This document shows positions 28,300 through 43,403 of a stretch of 64,000 nucleotides of DNA, piece by piece. The position numbers and the translations under genes were made by a program. This DNA comes from the human T2T-CHM13v2.0 reference genome, Homo sapiens: assembly GCA_009914755.4 (NCBI GenBank), contig CP086569.2, positions 61,472,001 to 61,536,000 on the forward strand, read 5' to 3'. The notes beneath the pieces are model-generated. The model made no database searches and had not been told where the DNA came from. It was given only the letters and a program-made list of their open reading frames with translations. Every line of letters begins with the position of its first letter. Within the stretch, counting starts at the first letter, position 1.

Positions 28300-31200
28300 G
28301 GAATGGACTCGAAAGCAATGGACTGGAATGGAACTTTCTTGAATGGACTGGAATCAAACGGAATGGAATGCAATGCAATCAAATGGCATGGAATAAAATA
28401 GAATGAAAGAGAATCAAACGGAATTGAATCGAATGGAATCGAATGGATTGGAAAGGAATAGAATGGAATGGAATTGACTCAAATGGAATGGACTAGAATG
28501 GAATGGATTCGAATGGAAGGCAAAGGAATGGAATCTATTGGAATGGACTGTAATGGAATGGAATGTAAGGGATTGGAATGGACTCAAATGGAATGGACTG
28601 CAATAGAAAGGATTCGAATGGAATGAAAAAGAATTGAATGGAATAAAACAGAATGGAATCAAATCGAATGAAATGGAATGGAATAGAAAGGAATGGAATG
28701 AAATGGAATGGAAAGGATTCGAATGGAATGCAATCGAATGGAATGCAATCGAATGGAATGGAATCGAACGGAATGTAATAAAATGGAAGAAAACTGGCAA
28801 GAAATGGAATCGAAATGAATGGAGTGTTATGGAACGGACTCAAAAGGAATTGAATGTAATAGAATGGAGTGGAGTGGACTCGAATATAATGGACTGGAAT
28901 GGAATGAAATCACATGGAATGGGAACGAATGGAATGGAATGGAAAGGAATGGAATCGAATGGAAAGGAATCGAATGGAAAGGAATCGAATGGAAGGGAAT
29001 GAAATTGAATCAACAGGAATGGAAGGAAGTAGAATAGACGGTAATGGAATGGACTCGAATAGAATGGACACGAATGTTCAAATTGAGTGGACTCGAATGG
29101 AATGGAAACGAAAGGAATGTCGTCGAATGGAATTGAGTCGATTGGAATGAAATCGCATAGAATGGAGTGGAATCAAATGGAATTGAATCGAAAGGAAAGG
29201 AAGCGAATGGTCTGAAATGAAATGGAATGGAATTGAATGGAAAGTAATGCAAGGGAATAGAATGGAACGAAATTTCACGGAATGGAATCAAACTGAATGG
29301 AATCAAATCAATGGAATATAATCAAATGGCATGGAAAGGAATTGAATGGAGTAGATTGGATAGGATGGGATTGGAATGAAATGTACTGGAAAGGACTCGA
29401 ATTTCATGAAATGGAATGGAATGAACTGGAACGGAATGGACTCGAATGGAATGGAATGTCATGGAATGGCATCAAATGGAATGGCATCAAATGGAATGCT
29501 ATGGAATGGAATGGAATGCATTGGAATGGAATGTCCCCTAATGGAATGGATTCGAGTGGAATGGAATCGAATATAATGGAGTCGAATGAAATGGAATTGA
29601 AAGGAAAGGGATCGAATACAATGGAATATACTGGAATGTAATGTAATGAACTCGAATGTAATTGACTAGAATGGAATGTACATGAATGGAATGCAACCGA
29701 ATGGAAAATAATCCCATGGAATAGAATCTAATGCAATAAAATCGACTCAAATAGAATAGAATGGAATGGAATGGAGTGCAGTGCAATGGAATGGAATGGA
29801 ATGGAATGCAATGGAATGGAATGGAATGGGATGGAATGGTATGGGATGGATAGAAATGGACTGGAGTGAAATGGACTGGAAAGTAATGGACTCAAATTGA
29901 AAGAGCTCGAAAGAATGGAGTCAAATGGAATGGTCTGGAATGGAATGAACACGAATGTAATGCAATCCAATAGAATGGAATCGAATGGCATGGAATATAA
30001 AGAAATGGAATCGAAGAGAATGGAAACGAATGGAATGGAATTGAATGGAATGGAATTGAATGGAATGGGAACGAATGGAGTGAAATTGTATGCAGTAGAA
30101 GAGAATAGAATGGAATGCAAGCGAAAGGAAAGGAATGGATTGGAATGGAATGGAATTCATTGGAATGGAAGGGAATGTATTGCAATGGACAGGCCTTTAA
30201 TAAAGTGGAATGCTACGGTCTCGAATGGAATAAAAATGTATGGAATGGAATTCAATGAAACGGAATCGAATGTCATAGAATGTAATGGAATGCAATAAAA
30301 TGGAATCCAAAATCATTGACTGGAAAGGCTGGGTGTAGAAAGGAATTGACTCCAATGGAATGGAATCGAATGGAATGGAAGTGAATAGAATCGAAGTAAA
30401 TCGAATGGAATGGAATTCTTAGGAACGGAATGGAAAGGAGTGCAATGATTTGGCATGGAATGGAATCGAATGGCATCGAATGGAGTGGAATGGAATGCAA
30501 TGGAATGGAATGTATTAGAATGTAATGAACATTAATGGAATGTACTCTAATGGATTCGACTGGAATGGAATGTTCTGGAAGTGAAAGGACTCCAATGGAA
30601 TGGATTTGAAAGGAATGGAATCTAATGGAATGGAATTAAATGGAAACGAATCAAATTGAATAGCACGGAATTGAATTGAATGGAATCGAATGCAATGGAA
30701 TCTAATGAAATGGAAAGGAAAGGAATGGAATGGAATGGAATGGGCTGGAGTTGAATGGAATCGATACGAATGGAATGGAATAGAACTGAAGAGACTGGAA
30801 TGGAATTCACTGGAATGGAAGGGAGTGTAATGGAAGGATCTCGAAAAAAATGGAATCGAATGGAATGGAATTGAATGGAACGGAATAGAGTCGAATGGAA
30901 TTCAATGGAATTGAATGGACTAGAGTGAAATGGAATCGAACCACAAGGAATGGACAGGAATAGAATGGTCTCGAATTGAATGGAATCGTATGGAATGGCA
31001 TCAAACGGAATGGAATGGACAGCCACGGAATGGAATGCACTCGAATGCAATGGAATCGAAACTAATGGACTGGAATAGAATGGACTCGACTGGTACGGAC
31101 TCCAATGGAATGGAATCGAAAGGAAGGGAATCGAACGGAATGGACTCGAAGGGAAAAGACTGCAATGGAAAGGTCTCGAATGGAATGGAAATTAATGGAA

Positions 31201-31822
31201 TGGAATGGAATCGAATGAAATGGAGTCAAAAGGAATGGAATCGAATGGCAAGAAATCGAATGTAATGGAATCGCAAGGAATTGATGTGAACGGAACGGAA
31301 TGGAATGGAATCCAAAGGAATGGAATAGAATGGAATGGAATCGAATGGAAAGGACTCGAATGGAAATCACTCGAATAGAATGCAATTTAATAAAATAGGA
31401 TCAAATGTAATGGAATGGAATGGAAAGGAATCGAAACGAAAGGAATGGAGACAGATGGAATGGAATGGAACAGAGAGCAATGGTATAGAATGGAATGGAA
31501 TCATCTGGAATGGAATTGAATGGAATGGAATAACATGAAATGGAATGGAATGGAATGGAATGCCCTTGAATTAAATGGACTGGAATGGAATGGACTCGAA
31601 CAGAGTGTAATGGAAAGTGTTGAAATAGAATGGAATGGACTCCTTTGGAATGGTCTAGTATGCAATGCAATCGACCGGCAGGGAATCAAAAGGAATGTAA
31701 TCGAATGGATTGGACTGGAATGCAATGGACTCGAATAGATTGGAAACGGAATGCAAAGGAATGGAATGGAATAGTATGGAATGGAATGGAAAGGAATGGA
31801 GTGGAATAGACTAGAGTGGAAT
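28300..31822 (+). repeat. HOR unit 9 (3523 bp)
   Basis: Anchor at 28300; next at 31823. Confidence 0.85.
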
Positions 31823-34800
31823 GGAATGGACTGGAAAGCAATGGACTGGAATGGAACTTTCCTGAATGGACTGGAATCAAACGGAATGGAATGCAATGCA
31901 ATCAAATGGCATGGAATAAGATAGAATGAAAGAGAATCAAATGGAATTGAATGGAATGGAATCGAATGGATTGGAAAGGAATAGAATGGAATGGAATGGA
32001 ATTGACTCAAATGGAATGGACTAGAATGGAATGGATTCGAATGGAAGGCAAAGGAATGGAATCTATTGGAATGGACTGTAATGGAATGGAATGGAAGGGA
32101 TTGGAATGGACTCGAATGGAATGGACTGCAATAGAAAGGATTCGAATGGAATGAAAAAGAATTGAATGGAATAGAACAGAATGGAATCAAATCGAATGAA
32201 ATGGAATGGAATAGAAAGGAATGGAATGAAATGGAATGGAAAGGATTCGAATGGAATGCAATCGAATGGAATGGAATCGAACGGAATGGAATAAAATGGA
32301 AGAAAACTGGCAAGAAATGGAATCGAAATGAATGGAGTGTTATGGAACGGACTCAAAAGGAATTGAATGTAATAGAATGGAGTGGAGTGGACTCGAATAT
32401 AATGGACTGGATTGGAATGAAATCACATGGAATGGGAACGAATGGAATGGAATGGAAAGGAATGGAATCGAATGGAAAGGAATCGAATGGAAGAGAATGA
32501 AATTGAATCAACAGGAATGGAAGGGAATAGAATAGACGGTAATGGAATGGACTCGAATAGAATGGACACGAATGCTCAAATTGAATGGACTCGAATGGAA
32601 TGGAAACGAAAGGAATGTCATCGAATGGAATTGAATCGATTGGAATGAAATCGCATAGAATGGAGTGGAATCAAATGGAATTGAATCGAAAGGAAAGGAA
32701 GCGAATGGACTGAAATGAAATGGAATGGAATTGAATGGAAAGTAATGCAATGGAATAGAATGGAACGAAATTTCACGGAATGGAATGAAACTGAATGGAA
32801 TCAAATCAATGGAATCTAATCAAGTGGAATGGAAAGGAATTGAATGGAGTAGATTGGATTGGATGGGATTGGAATGAAATGTACTGGAAAGGACTCGAGT
32901 TTCATGAAACGGAATGGAATGAATTGGAACGGAATGGACTCGAATGGAATGGAATGTCATGGAATGGCATCAAATGGAATGGCATCAAACGGAATGGAAT
33001 CGAATGCAATGGAATGCTATGGAATGGAATGGAATGCATTGGAATGGAATGTCCTCTAATGGAATGGATTCGAGTGGAATGGAATCGAATATAATGGAGT
33101 CGAATGAAATGGAATTGAAAGGAATGGGATCGAATACAATGGAATATACTGGAATGTAATGTAATGAACTCGAATGTAATTGACTGGAATGGAATGTACA
33201 TGAATGGAATGTAATCGAATGGAAAGTAATCCAATGGAATAGAATCTAATGCAATAAAATCGACTCAGATAGAGTAGAATGTAATGGAATGGAGTGCAGT
33301 GCAAAGGAATGGAATGGAATGGAATGCAATGGAATGGAATGGAATGGAATGGAATGGAATGGGATGGAATGGTATGGAATGGATCGTAATGGACTGGAGT
33401 GAAATGGACTGGAAATGAATGGAGTCAAATTGAAAGGGCTCGAAAGGAATGGAGTCAAAAGGAATGGTCTGGAATGGAATGAACACGAATGTAATGCAAT
33501 CCAATAGAATGGAATCGAATGGCATGGAATATAAAGAAATGGAATCGAAGAGAATGGAAACAAATGGAATGGAATTGAATGGAATGGAATTGAATGGAAT
33601 GGGAACGAATGGAGTGAAATTGTATGCAGTAGAAGAGAATAGAATGGAATGCAAGCGAAAGGAAAGGAATGGATTGGAATGGAATGGAATTCATTGGAAT
33701 GGAAGGGAATGTAGTGTAATGGACAGGCCTGGAATAAAGTGGAATGCTACGGTCTCAAATGGAATAAAAATATATGGAATGGAATGCAATGAAACGGAAT
33801 CGAATGTCATAGAATGTAATGGAATGCAAAAAAATGGAATCCAAAATCATTGACTGGAAAGGCTGGGTGTCGAAAGGAATTGACTCCAATGGAATGGAAT
33901 CGGATGGAATGGAAGTGAATAGAATCGAACTAAATCGAATGGAATGGAATTGATAGGAACGGAATGGAAAGGAATGCAATGATTTGGCATGGAATGGAAT
34001 CGAATGGCATCGAATGGAATGGAATGGAATGCAATGGAATGGAATGTATTAGAATCTAATGAACTTTAATGGAATGTACTCGAATGGATTCGACTGGAAT
34101 GGAATGTTCTGGAAGTGAATGGACTCCAATGGAATGGATTCAAAAGGAATGGAGTCGTACGGAATGGAATCTAATGGAATGGAATTAAATGGAAATGAAT
34201 CAAATTGAATAGAACGGAATTGAATTGAATGGAATCGAATGCAATGGAATCTAATGAAACGGAAAGGAAAGGAATGGAATGGAATGGAATGGGCTGGAAT
34301 GGAAAGGAATCGAAACGAATGGAATGGAATCGAACTGAAGAGACTGGAATGGAATGCACTGGAATGGAAGGGAGTGTAATGGAAGGTTCTCGAAAAAAAT
34401 GGAATCGAATGGAATGGAATTGAGTGGAACGGAATAGAGTCGAATGGAATTGAATGGAATGGAATGGACTAGAGTGAAATGGAATCGAACCACAAGGAAT
34501 GGACAGGAATAGAATGGTCTCGAATTTAATGGAATCGTATGGAATGGCGTCAAAGGGAATGGAATGGACAGCCACGGAATGGAATGCACTCGAATGCAAT
34601 GGAGTCGAAACTAATGGACTGGAATAGAATGGACTCGACTGGTACGGACTCCAATGGAATGGAATCGAATGGAAGGGAATCGAACGGAATGGACTCGAAG
34701 GGAAAAGACTGCAATGGAAAGGTCTCGAATGGAATGGAAATTAATGGAATGGAATGGAATCGAATGAAATGGAGTCAAAAGGAATGGAATCGAATGGCAA

Positions 34801-35371
34801 GAAATCGAATGCAATGGAATCGCAAGGAATTGATGTGAACGGAACGGAATGGAATGGAATCCAAAGGAATGGAATAGAATGGAATGGAATCGAATGGAAA
34901 GGACTCGAATGGAAATCACTCGAATAGAATGCAATTTAATAAAATAGGATCAAATGTAATGGAATGGAATGGAAAGGAATCGAAACGAAAGGAATGGAGA
35001 CAGATGGAATGGAATGGAACAGAGAGCAATGGTATAGAATGGAATGGAATCATCTGGAATGGAATTGAATGGAATGGAATAATATGAAATGGAATGGAAT
35101 GGAATGGAATGCCCTTGAATTAAATGGACTGGAATGGAATGGACTCAAACAGAGTGGAATGGAAAGTGTGGAGATAGAATGGAATGAACTCCTTTGGAAT
35201 GGTCTAGTAGACAATGCAATCGACTGGCAGGGAATCAAAAGGAATGTAATCGAATGGATTGGACTGGAATGCAATGGACCCGAATAGATTGGAAACGGAA
35301 TGCAAAGGAATGGAATGGAATAGTATGGAATGGAATGGAAAGGAATGGAGTGGAATAGACTAGAGTGGAAT
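31823..35371 (+). repeat. HOR unit 10 (3549 bp)
   Basis: Anchor at 31823; next at 35372. Confidence 0.85.
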
Positions 35372-38300
35372 GGAATGGACTGGAAAGCAATGGACTGGAA
35401 TGGAACATTCTTGAATGGACTGGAATCAAACGGAATGGAATGCAATGCAATCAAACGGCATGGAATAAAATAGAATGAAAGAGAATGAAATGGAATTGAA
35501 TCGAATGGAATCGAATGGATTGGAAAGGAATAGAATGGAATGGAATGGAATTGACTCAAATGGAATGGACTAGAATGGAATGGATTCGAATGGAAGGCAA
35601 AGGAATGGAATCTATTGCAATGGACTGTAATGGAATGGAATGGAAGGGATTGGAATGGACTCGAATGGAATGGACTGCAATAGAAAGGATTCGAATGGAA
35701 TGAAAAAGAATTGAATGGAATAGAACAGAATGGAATCAAATCGAATGAAATGGAATGGAATAGAAAGGAATGGAATGAAATGGAATGGAAAGGATTCGAA
35801 TGGAATGCAATCGAATGGAATGGAATCGAACGGAATGGAATAAAATGGAAGAAAACTGGCAAGAAATGGAATCGAAAGGAATGGAGTGTTATGGAACGGA
35901 CTCAAAAGGAATTGAATGTAATAGAATGGAGTGGAGTGGACTCGAATATAATGGACTGGAATGGAATGAAATCACATGGAATGGGAACGAATGGAATGGA
36001 ATGGAAAGGAATGGAATCGAATGGAAAGGGAACGAATGGAAGGGAATGAAATTGAATCAATAGGAATGGAAGGGAATAGAATAGACGGTAATGGAATGGA
36101 CTCGAATAGAATGGACACGAACGCTCAAATTGAATGGACTCGAATGGAATGGAAACGAAAGGAATGTCATCGAATGGAATTGAATCGATTGGAATGAAAT
36201 CGCATAGAATGGAGTGGAATCAAATGGAATTGAATCGAAAGGAAAGGAAGCCAATGGACTGAAATGAAATGGAATGGAATTGAATGGAAAGTAATGCAAT
36301 GGAATAGAATGGAACGAAATTTCACGGAATGGAATGAAACTGAATGGAATCAAATCAATGGAATCTAATCAAGTGGAATGGAAAGGAATTGAATGGAGTA
36401 GATTGGATTGGATGGGATTGGAATGAAATGTACTGGAAAGGACTCGAATTTCATGAAACGGAATGGAATGAATTGGAACGGAATGGACTCGAATGGAATG
36501 GAATGTCATGGAATGGCATCAAATGGAATGGCATCAAATGGAATGGAATCGAATGCAATGGAATGCTATGGAATGGAATGGAATGCATTGGAATGGAATG
36601 TCCTCTAATGGAATGGATTCGAGTGGAATGGAATCGAATATAATGGAGTCGAATGAAATGGAATTGAAAGGAATGGGATCGAATACAATGGAATATACTG
36701 GAATGTAATGTAATGAACTTGAATGTAATTGACTGGAATGGAATGTACATGAATGGAATGTAATCGAATGGAAAGTAATCCAATGGAATAGAATCTAATG
36801 CAATAAAATCGACTCAGATAGAGTAGAATGTAATGGAATGGAGTGCAGTGCAATGGAATGGAATGGAATGGAATGCAATGGAATGGAATGGAATGGAATG
36901 GAATGGAATGGAATGGTGTGGAATGGATAGTAATGGACTGGAGTGAAATGGACTGGAAATGAATGGAGTCAAATTGAAAGGGCTCGAAAGGAATGGAGTC
37001 AAATGGAATGGTCTGGAATGGAATGAACACGAATGTAATGCAATCCAATAGAACGGAATCGAATGGCATGGAATATAAAGAAATGGAATCGAAGAGAATG
37101 GAAACAAATGGAATGGAATTGAATGGAATGGAATTGAATGGAATGGGAACGAATGGAGTGAAATTGTATGCAGTAGAAGAGAATAGAATGGAATGCAAGC
37201 GAAAGGAAAGGAATGGATTGGAATGGAATGGAATTCATTGGAATGGAAGGGAATGTAGTGTAATGGACAGGCCTGGAATAAAGTGGAATGCTATGGTCTC
37301 GAATGGAATAAAAATGTATGGAATGGAATGCAATGAAACGGAATCGAATGTCATAGAATGTAATGGAATGCAAAAAAATGGAATCCAAAATCATTGACTG
37401 GAAAGGCTGGATGTCGAAAGGAATTGACTCCAATGGAATGGAATCGAATGGAATGGAAGTGAATAGAATCGAACTAAATCGAATGGAATGGAATTGATAG
37501 GAACGGAATGGAAAGGAATGCAATGATTTGGCATGGAATGGAAACGAATGGTATCTAATGGAATGGAATGTAATGTAATGGAATGGAATGTATTAGAATG
37601 TAATGAACTTTAATGGAATGTACTCGAATGGATTCGACTGGAATGGAATGTTCTGGAAGTGAATGGACTCCAATGGAATGGATTCAAACGGAATGGAATC
37701 GTACGGAATGGAATCTAATGGAATGGAATTAAATGGAAATGAATCAAATTGAATAGAACGGAATTGAATTGAATGGAATGGAATGCAATGGAATCTAATG
37801 AAACCGAAAGGAAAGGAATGGAATGGAATGGAATGGGCTGGAATGGAAAGGAATCGAAACGAATGGAATGGAATCGAACTGAAGAGACTGGAATGGAATG
37901 CACTGGAATGGAAGGGAGTGTAATGGAAGGTTCTCGAAAAAAATGGAATCGAATGGAATGGAATTGAGTGGAACGGAATAGAGTCGAATGGAATTGAATG
38001 GAATGGAATGGACTAGAGTGAAATGGAATCGAACCACAAGGAATGGACAGGAATAGAATGGTCTCGAATTGAATGGAATCGTATGGAATGGCATCAAACG
38101 GAATGGAATGGACAGCCACGGAATGGAATGCACTCGAATGCAATGGAGTCGAAACTAATGGACTGGAATAGAATGGACTCGACTGGTACGGACTCCAATG
38201 GAATGGAATCGAATGGAAGGGAATCGAACGGAATGGACTCGAAGGGAAAAGACTGCAATGGAACGGTCTCGAATGGAATGGAAATTAATGGAATGGAATG

Positions 38301-38909
38301 GAATCGAATGAAATGGAGTCAAAAGGAATGGAATCGAATGGCAAGAAATCGAATGTAATGGAATCACAAGGAATTGATGTGAACGGAACGGAATGGAATG
38401 GAATCCAAAGGAATGGAATAGAATGGAATGGAATCGAATGGAAAGGACTCGAATGGAAATCACTCGAATAGAATGCAATTTAATAAAATAGGATCAAATG
38501 TAATGGAATGGAATGGAAAGGAATCGAAACGAAAGGAATGGAGACAGATGGAATGGAATGCAACAGAGAGCAATGGTATAGAATGGAATGGAATCATCTG
38601 GAATGGAATAGAATGGAATGGAATAATATGAAATGGAATGGAATGGAATGGAATGGAATGCCCTTGAATTAAATGGACTGGACTCGAACAGAGTGGAATG
38701 GAAAGTGTTGAGATAGAATGGAATGGACTCTTTGGAATGGTCTAGTATGCAATGCAATCGACTGGCAGGGAATCAAAAGGAATGTAATGGAATGGATTGG
38801 ACTGGAATGCAATGGACTCGAATAGATTGGAAACGGAATGCAAAGGAATGGAATGGAATAGTATGGAATGGAATGGAAAGGAATGGAGTGGAATAGACTA
38901 GAGTGGAAT
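35372..38909 (+). repeat. HOR unit 11 (3538 bp)
   Basis: Anchor at 35372; next at 38910. Confidence 0.85.
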
Positions 38910-41900
38910 GGAATGGACTGGAAAGCAATGGACTGGAATGGAACTTTCTTGAATGGACTGGAATCAAACGGAATGGAATGCAATGCAATCAAATGGCATG
39001 GAATAAGATAGAATGAAAGAGAATCAAATGGAATTGAATGGAATGGAATCGAATGGATTGGAAAGGAATAGAATGGAATGGAATGGAATTGACTCAAATG
39101 GAATGGACTAGAATGGAATGGATTCGAATGGAAGGCAAAGGAATGGAATCTATTGGAATGGACTGTAATGGAATGGAATGGAAGGGATTGGAATGGACTC
39201 GAATGGAATGGACTGCAATAGAAAGGATTCGAATGGAATGAAAAAGAATTGAATGGAATAGAACAGAATGGAATCAAATCGAATGAAATTGAATGGAATA
39301 GAAAGGAATGGAATGAAATGGAATGGAAAGGATTCGAATGGAATGCAATCGAATGGAATGGAATCGAACGGAATGGAATAAAATGGAAGAAAACTGGCAA
39401 GAAATGGAATCGAAATGAATGGAGTGTTATGGAACGGACTCAAAAGGAATTGAATGTAATAGAATGGAGTGGAGTGGACTCGAATATAATGGACTGGAAT
39501 GGAATGAAATCACATGGAATGGGAACGAATGGAATGGAATGGAAAGGAATGGAATCGAATGGAAAGGAATCGAACGGAAGGGAATGAAATTGAATCAACA
39601 GGAATGGAAGGGAATAGAATAGACGGTAATGGAATGGACTCGAATAGAATGGACACGAATGCTCAAATTGAATGGACTCGAATGGAATGGAAACGAAAGG
39701 TATGTCATCAAATGGAATTGAATCGATTGGAATGAAATCGCATAGAATGGAGTGGAATCAAATGGAATTGAATCGAAAGGAAAGGAAGCGAATGGACTGA
39801 AATGAAATGGAATGGAATTGAATGGAAAGTAATGCAATGGAATAGAATGGAACGAAATTTCACGGAATGGAATCAAACTGAATGGAATCAAATCAATGGA
39901 ATCAAATCAAATGGAATGGAAAGGAATTGAATGGAGTAGATTGGATTGGATGGGATTGGAATGAAATGTACTGGAAAGGACTCGAATTTCATGAAACGGA
40001 ATGGAATGAATTGGAACGGAATGGACTCGAATGGAATGGAATGTCATGGAATGGCATCAAATGGAATGGCATCAAATGGAATGGAATCGAATGCAATGGA
40101 ATGCTATGGAATGGAATGGAATGCATTGGAATGGAATGTCCTCTAATGGAATGGATTCGAGTGGAATGGAATCGAATATAATGGAGACGAATGAAATGGA
40201 ATTGGAAGGAATGGGATCGAATACAATGGAATATACTGGAATGTAATGTAATGAACTAGAATGTAATTGACTGGAATGGAATGTACATGAATGGAATGTA
40301 ATCGAATGGAAAGTAATCCAATGGAATAGAATCTAATGCAATAAAATCGACTCAGATAGAGTAGAATGTAATGGAATGGAGTGCAGTGCAATGGAATGGA
40401 ATGGAATGGAATGGAATGCAATGGAATGGAATGGAATGGAATGGAATGCAATGGAATGGAATGGAATGGAATGGAATGGAATGGGATGGAATGGTATGCA
40501 ATGGATAGTAATGGACTGGAGTGAAATGGACTGGAAAGGAATGGACTCAAATTGAAAGGGCTCGAAAGGAATGGAGACAAATGGAATGGTCTGGAATGGA
40601 ATGAACACGAATGTAATGCAATCCAATAGAATGGAGTCGAATGGCATGGAATATAAAGAAATGGAATCGAAGAGATTGGAAACAAATGGAATGGAATTGA
40701 ATGGAATGGAATTGAATGGAATGGGAACGAATGGAGTGAAATTGTATGCAGTAGAAGAGAATAGAATGGAATGCAAGCGAAAGGAAAGGAATGGATTGGA
40801 ATGGAATGGAATTCATTGGAATGGAAGGGAATGTAGTGTAATGGACAGACCTGGAATAAAGTGGAATGCTACGGTCTCGAATGGAATAAAAATGTATGGA
40901 ATGGAATGCAATGAAACGGAATCGAATGTCATAGAATGTAATGGAATGCAACAAAATGGAATCCAAAATCATTGACTGGAAAGGCTGGGTGTCGATAGGA
41001 ATTGACTGCAATGGAATGGAATCGAATGGAATGGAAGTGAATAGAATCGAACTAAATCGAATGGAATGGAATTGATAGTAACGGAATGGAAAGGAATGCA
41101 ATGATTTGGCATGGAATGGAATCGAATGGCATCGAATGGAATGGAATGGAATGCAATGGAATGGAATGTATTAGAATGTAATGAACTTTAATGGAATGTA
41201 CTCGAATGGAATCGACTGGAATGGAATGTACATGAATGGAATGTAATCGAATGGAAAGTAATCCAATGGAATAGAATCTAATGCAATAAAATCGACTCAG
41301 ATTGAGTATAATGTAATGGAATGGAGTGCAGTGCAATGGAATGGAATGGAATGGAATGCAATGGAATGGAATGGAATGGAATGGAATGGGATGGAATGGT
41401 GTGGAATGGATAGTAATGGACTGGAGTGAAATGGACTGGAAAGGAATGGACTCAAATTGAAAGGGCTTGAAAGGAATGGAGTCAAATGGAATGGTCTGGA
41501 ATGGAGTGAACACGAATGTAATGCAATCCAATAGAATGGAATCGAATGGCATGGAATATAAAGAAATGGAATCGAAGAGAATGGAAACAAATGGAATGGA
41601 ATTGAATGCAATGGAATTGAATGGAATGGGAAGGAATGGAGTGAAATTGTATGCAGTAGAAGAGAATAGAATGGAATGCAAGCGAAAGGAAAGGAATGGA
41701 TTGGAATGGAATGGAATTCATTGGAATGGAAGGGAATGTAGTGTAATGGACAGGCCTGGAATAAAGTGGAATGCTACGGTCTCGAATGGAATAAAAATGT
41801 ATGGAATGGAATGCAATGAAACGGAATCGAATGTCATAGAATGTAATGGAATGCAAAAAAATGGAATCCAAAATCATTGACTGGAAAGGCTGGGTGTCGA

Positions 41901-43403
41901 AAGGAATTGACTCCAATGGAATGGAATCGAATGGAATGGAAGTGAATAGAATCGAACTAAATCGAATGGAATGGAATTGATAGGAACGGAATGGAAAGGA
42001 ATGCAATGATTTGGCATGCAATGGAATCGAATGGAATCGAATGGAATGGAATGGAATGCAATGGAACGGAATGTATTAGAATGTAATGAACTTTAATGGA
42101 ATGTACTCGAATGGATTCGACTGGAATGGAATGTTCTGGAAGTGAATGGACTCCAATGGAATGGATTCAAAAGGAATGGAATCGTACGGAATGGAATCTA
42201 ATGGAATGGAATTAAATGGAAATGAATCAAATTGAATACCACGGAATTGACTTGAATGGAATGGAATGCAATGGAATCTAATGAAACGGAAAGGAAAGGA
42301 ATGGAATGGAATGGAATGGGCTGGAATGGAAAGGAATCGAAACGAATGGAATGGAATCGAACTGAAGAGACTGGAATGGAATGCACTGGAATGGAAGGGA
42401 GTGTACTGGAAGGTTGTCGAAAATAATGGAATCGAATGGAATGGAATTGAATGGAACGGAATAGAGTCGAATGGAATTGAATGGAATGGAATGGACTAGA
42501 GTGAAATGGAATCGAACCACAAGGAATGGACAGGAATAGAATGGTCTCGAATTGAATGGAATCGTATGGAATGGCATCAAACGGAATGGAATGGACAGCC
42601 ACGGAATGGAATGCACTCGAATGCAATGGAGTCGAAACTAATGGACTGGAATAGAATGGAATCGACTGGTACGGACTCCAATGGAATGGAATCGAATGGA
42701 AGGGAATCGAACGGAATGGACTCGAAGGGAAAAGACTGCAATGGAAAGGTCTCGAATGGAATGGAAATTAATGGAATGGAATGGAATCGAATGAAATGGA
42801 GTCAAAAGGAATGGAATCGAATGGCAAGAAATCGAATGTAATGGAATCGCAAGGAATTGATGTGAACGGAACGGAATGGAATGGAATCCAAAGGAATGGA
42901 ATAGAATGGAATGGAATCGAATGGAAAGGACTCGAATGGAAATCACTCGAATAGAATGCAATTTAATAAAATAGGATCAAATGTAATGGAATGGAATGGA
43001 AAGGAATCGAAACGAAAGGAATGGAGACAGATGGAATGGAATGGAACAGAGAGCAATGGTATAGAATGGAATGGAATCATCTGGAATGGAATTGAATGGA
43101 ATGGAATAATATGAAATGGAATGGAATGGAATGGAATGGAATGCCCTTGAATTAAATGGACTGGAATGGACTGGACTCGAACGGAGTGGAATGGAAAGTG
43201 TTGAGATAGAATGGAATGGACTCCTTTGGAATGGTGTAGTATGCAATGCAATCGACTGGCAGGGAATCAAAAGGAATGTAATCGAATGGATTGGACTGGA
43301 ATGCAATGGACTCGAATAGATTGGAAACGGAATGCAAAAGAATGGAATGGAATAGTATGGAATGGAATGGAAAGGAATGGAGTGGAATAGACTAGAGTGG
43401 AAT
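38910..43403 (+). repeat. HOR unit 12, aberrant length of 4494 bp; contains an internal ~0.9 kb tandem duplication.
   Basis: Anchor at 38910; next at 43404. The unit-internal segment beginning gactggaatggaatgtacatga occurs twice (40269 and 41214). Confidence 0.85.
40269..42118 (+). repeat. Intra-unit tandem duplication. Copy A is ~40269–41213 (945 bp, includes a 40-bp pentamer-tract expansion). Copy B is ~41214–42118 (905 bp).
   Basis: At ~41201–41235 the sequence ctcgaatggaatcgactggaatggaatgt switches into acatgaatggaatgtaatcgaatggaaagtaatcc, which normally lies ~945 bp upstream (40286 onward). The breakpoint falls inside a 16-bp motif gactggaatggaatgt present at both positions. The ORF-track proteins MHSILFSSTAYNFTPF... 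and M(E/K..)SNGMVWNG... are each present twice in this unit. Confidence 0.8.

Noticed and set aside
40269-42118. Interpretation of the extra ~0.95 kb in unit 12 as an insertion of foreign sequence or a mobile element.
   Set aside because: The extra sequence is a near-identical second copy of the adjacent unit-internal segment, with the breakpoint in a 16-bp microhomology. There are no target-site duplications, terminal repeats or non-satellite sequence.
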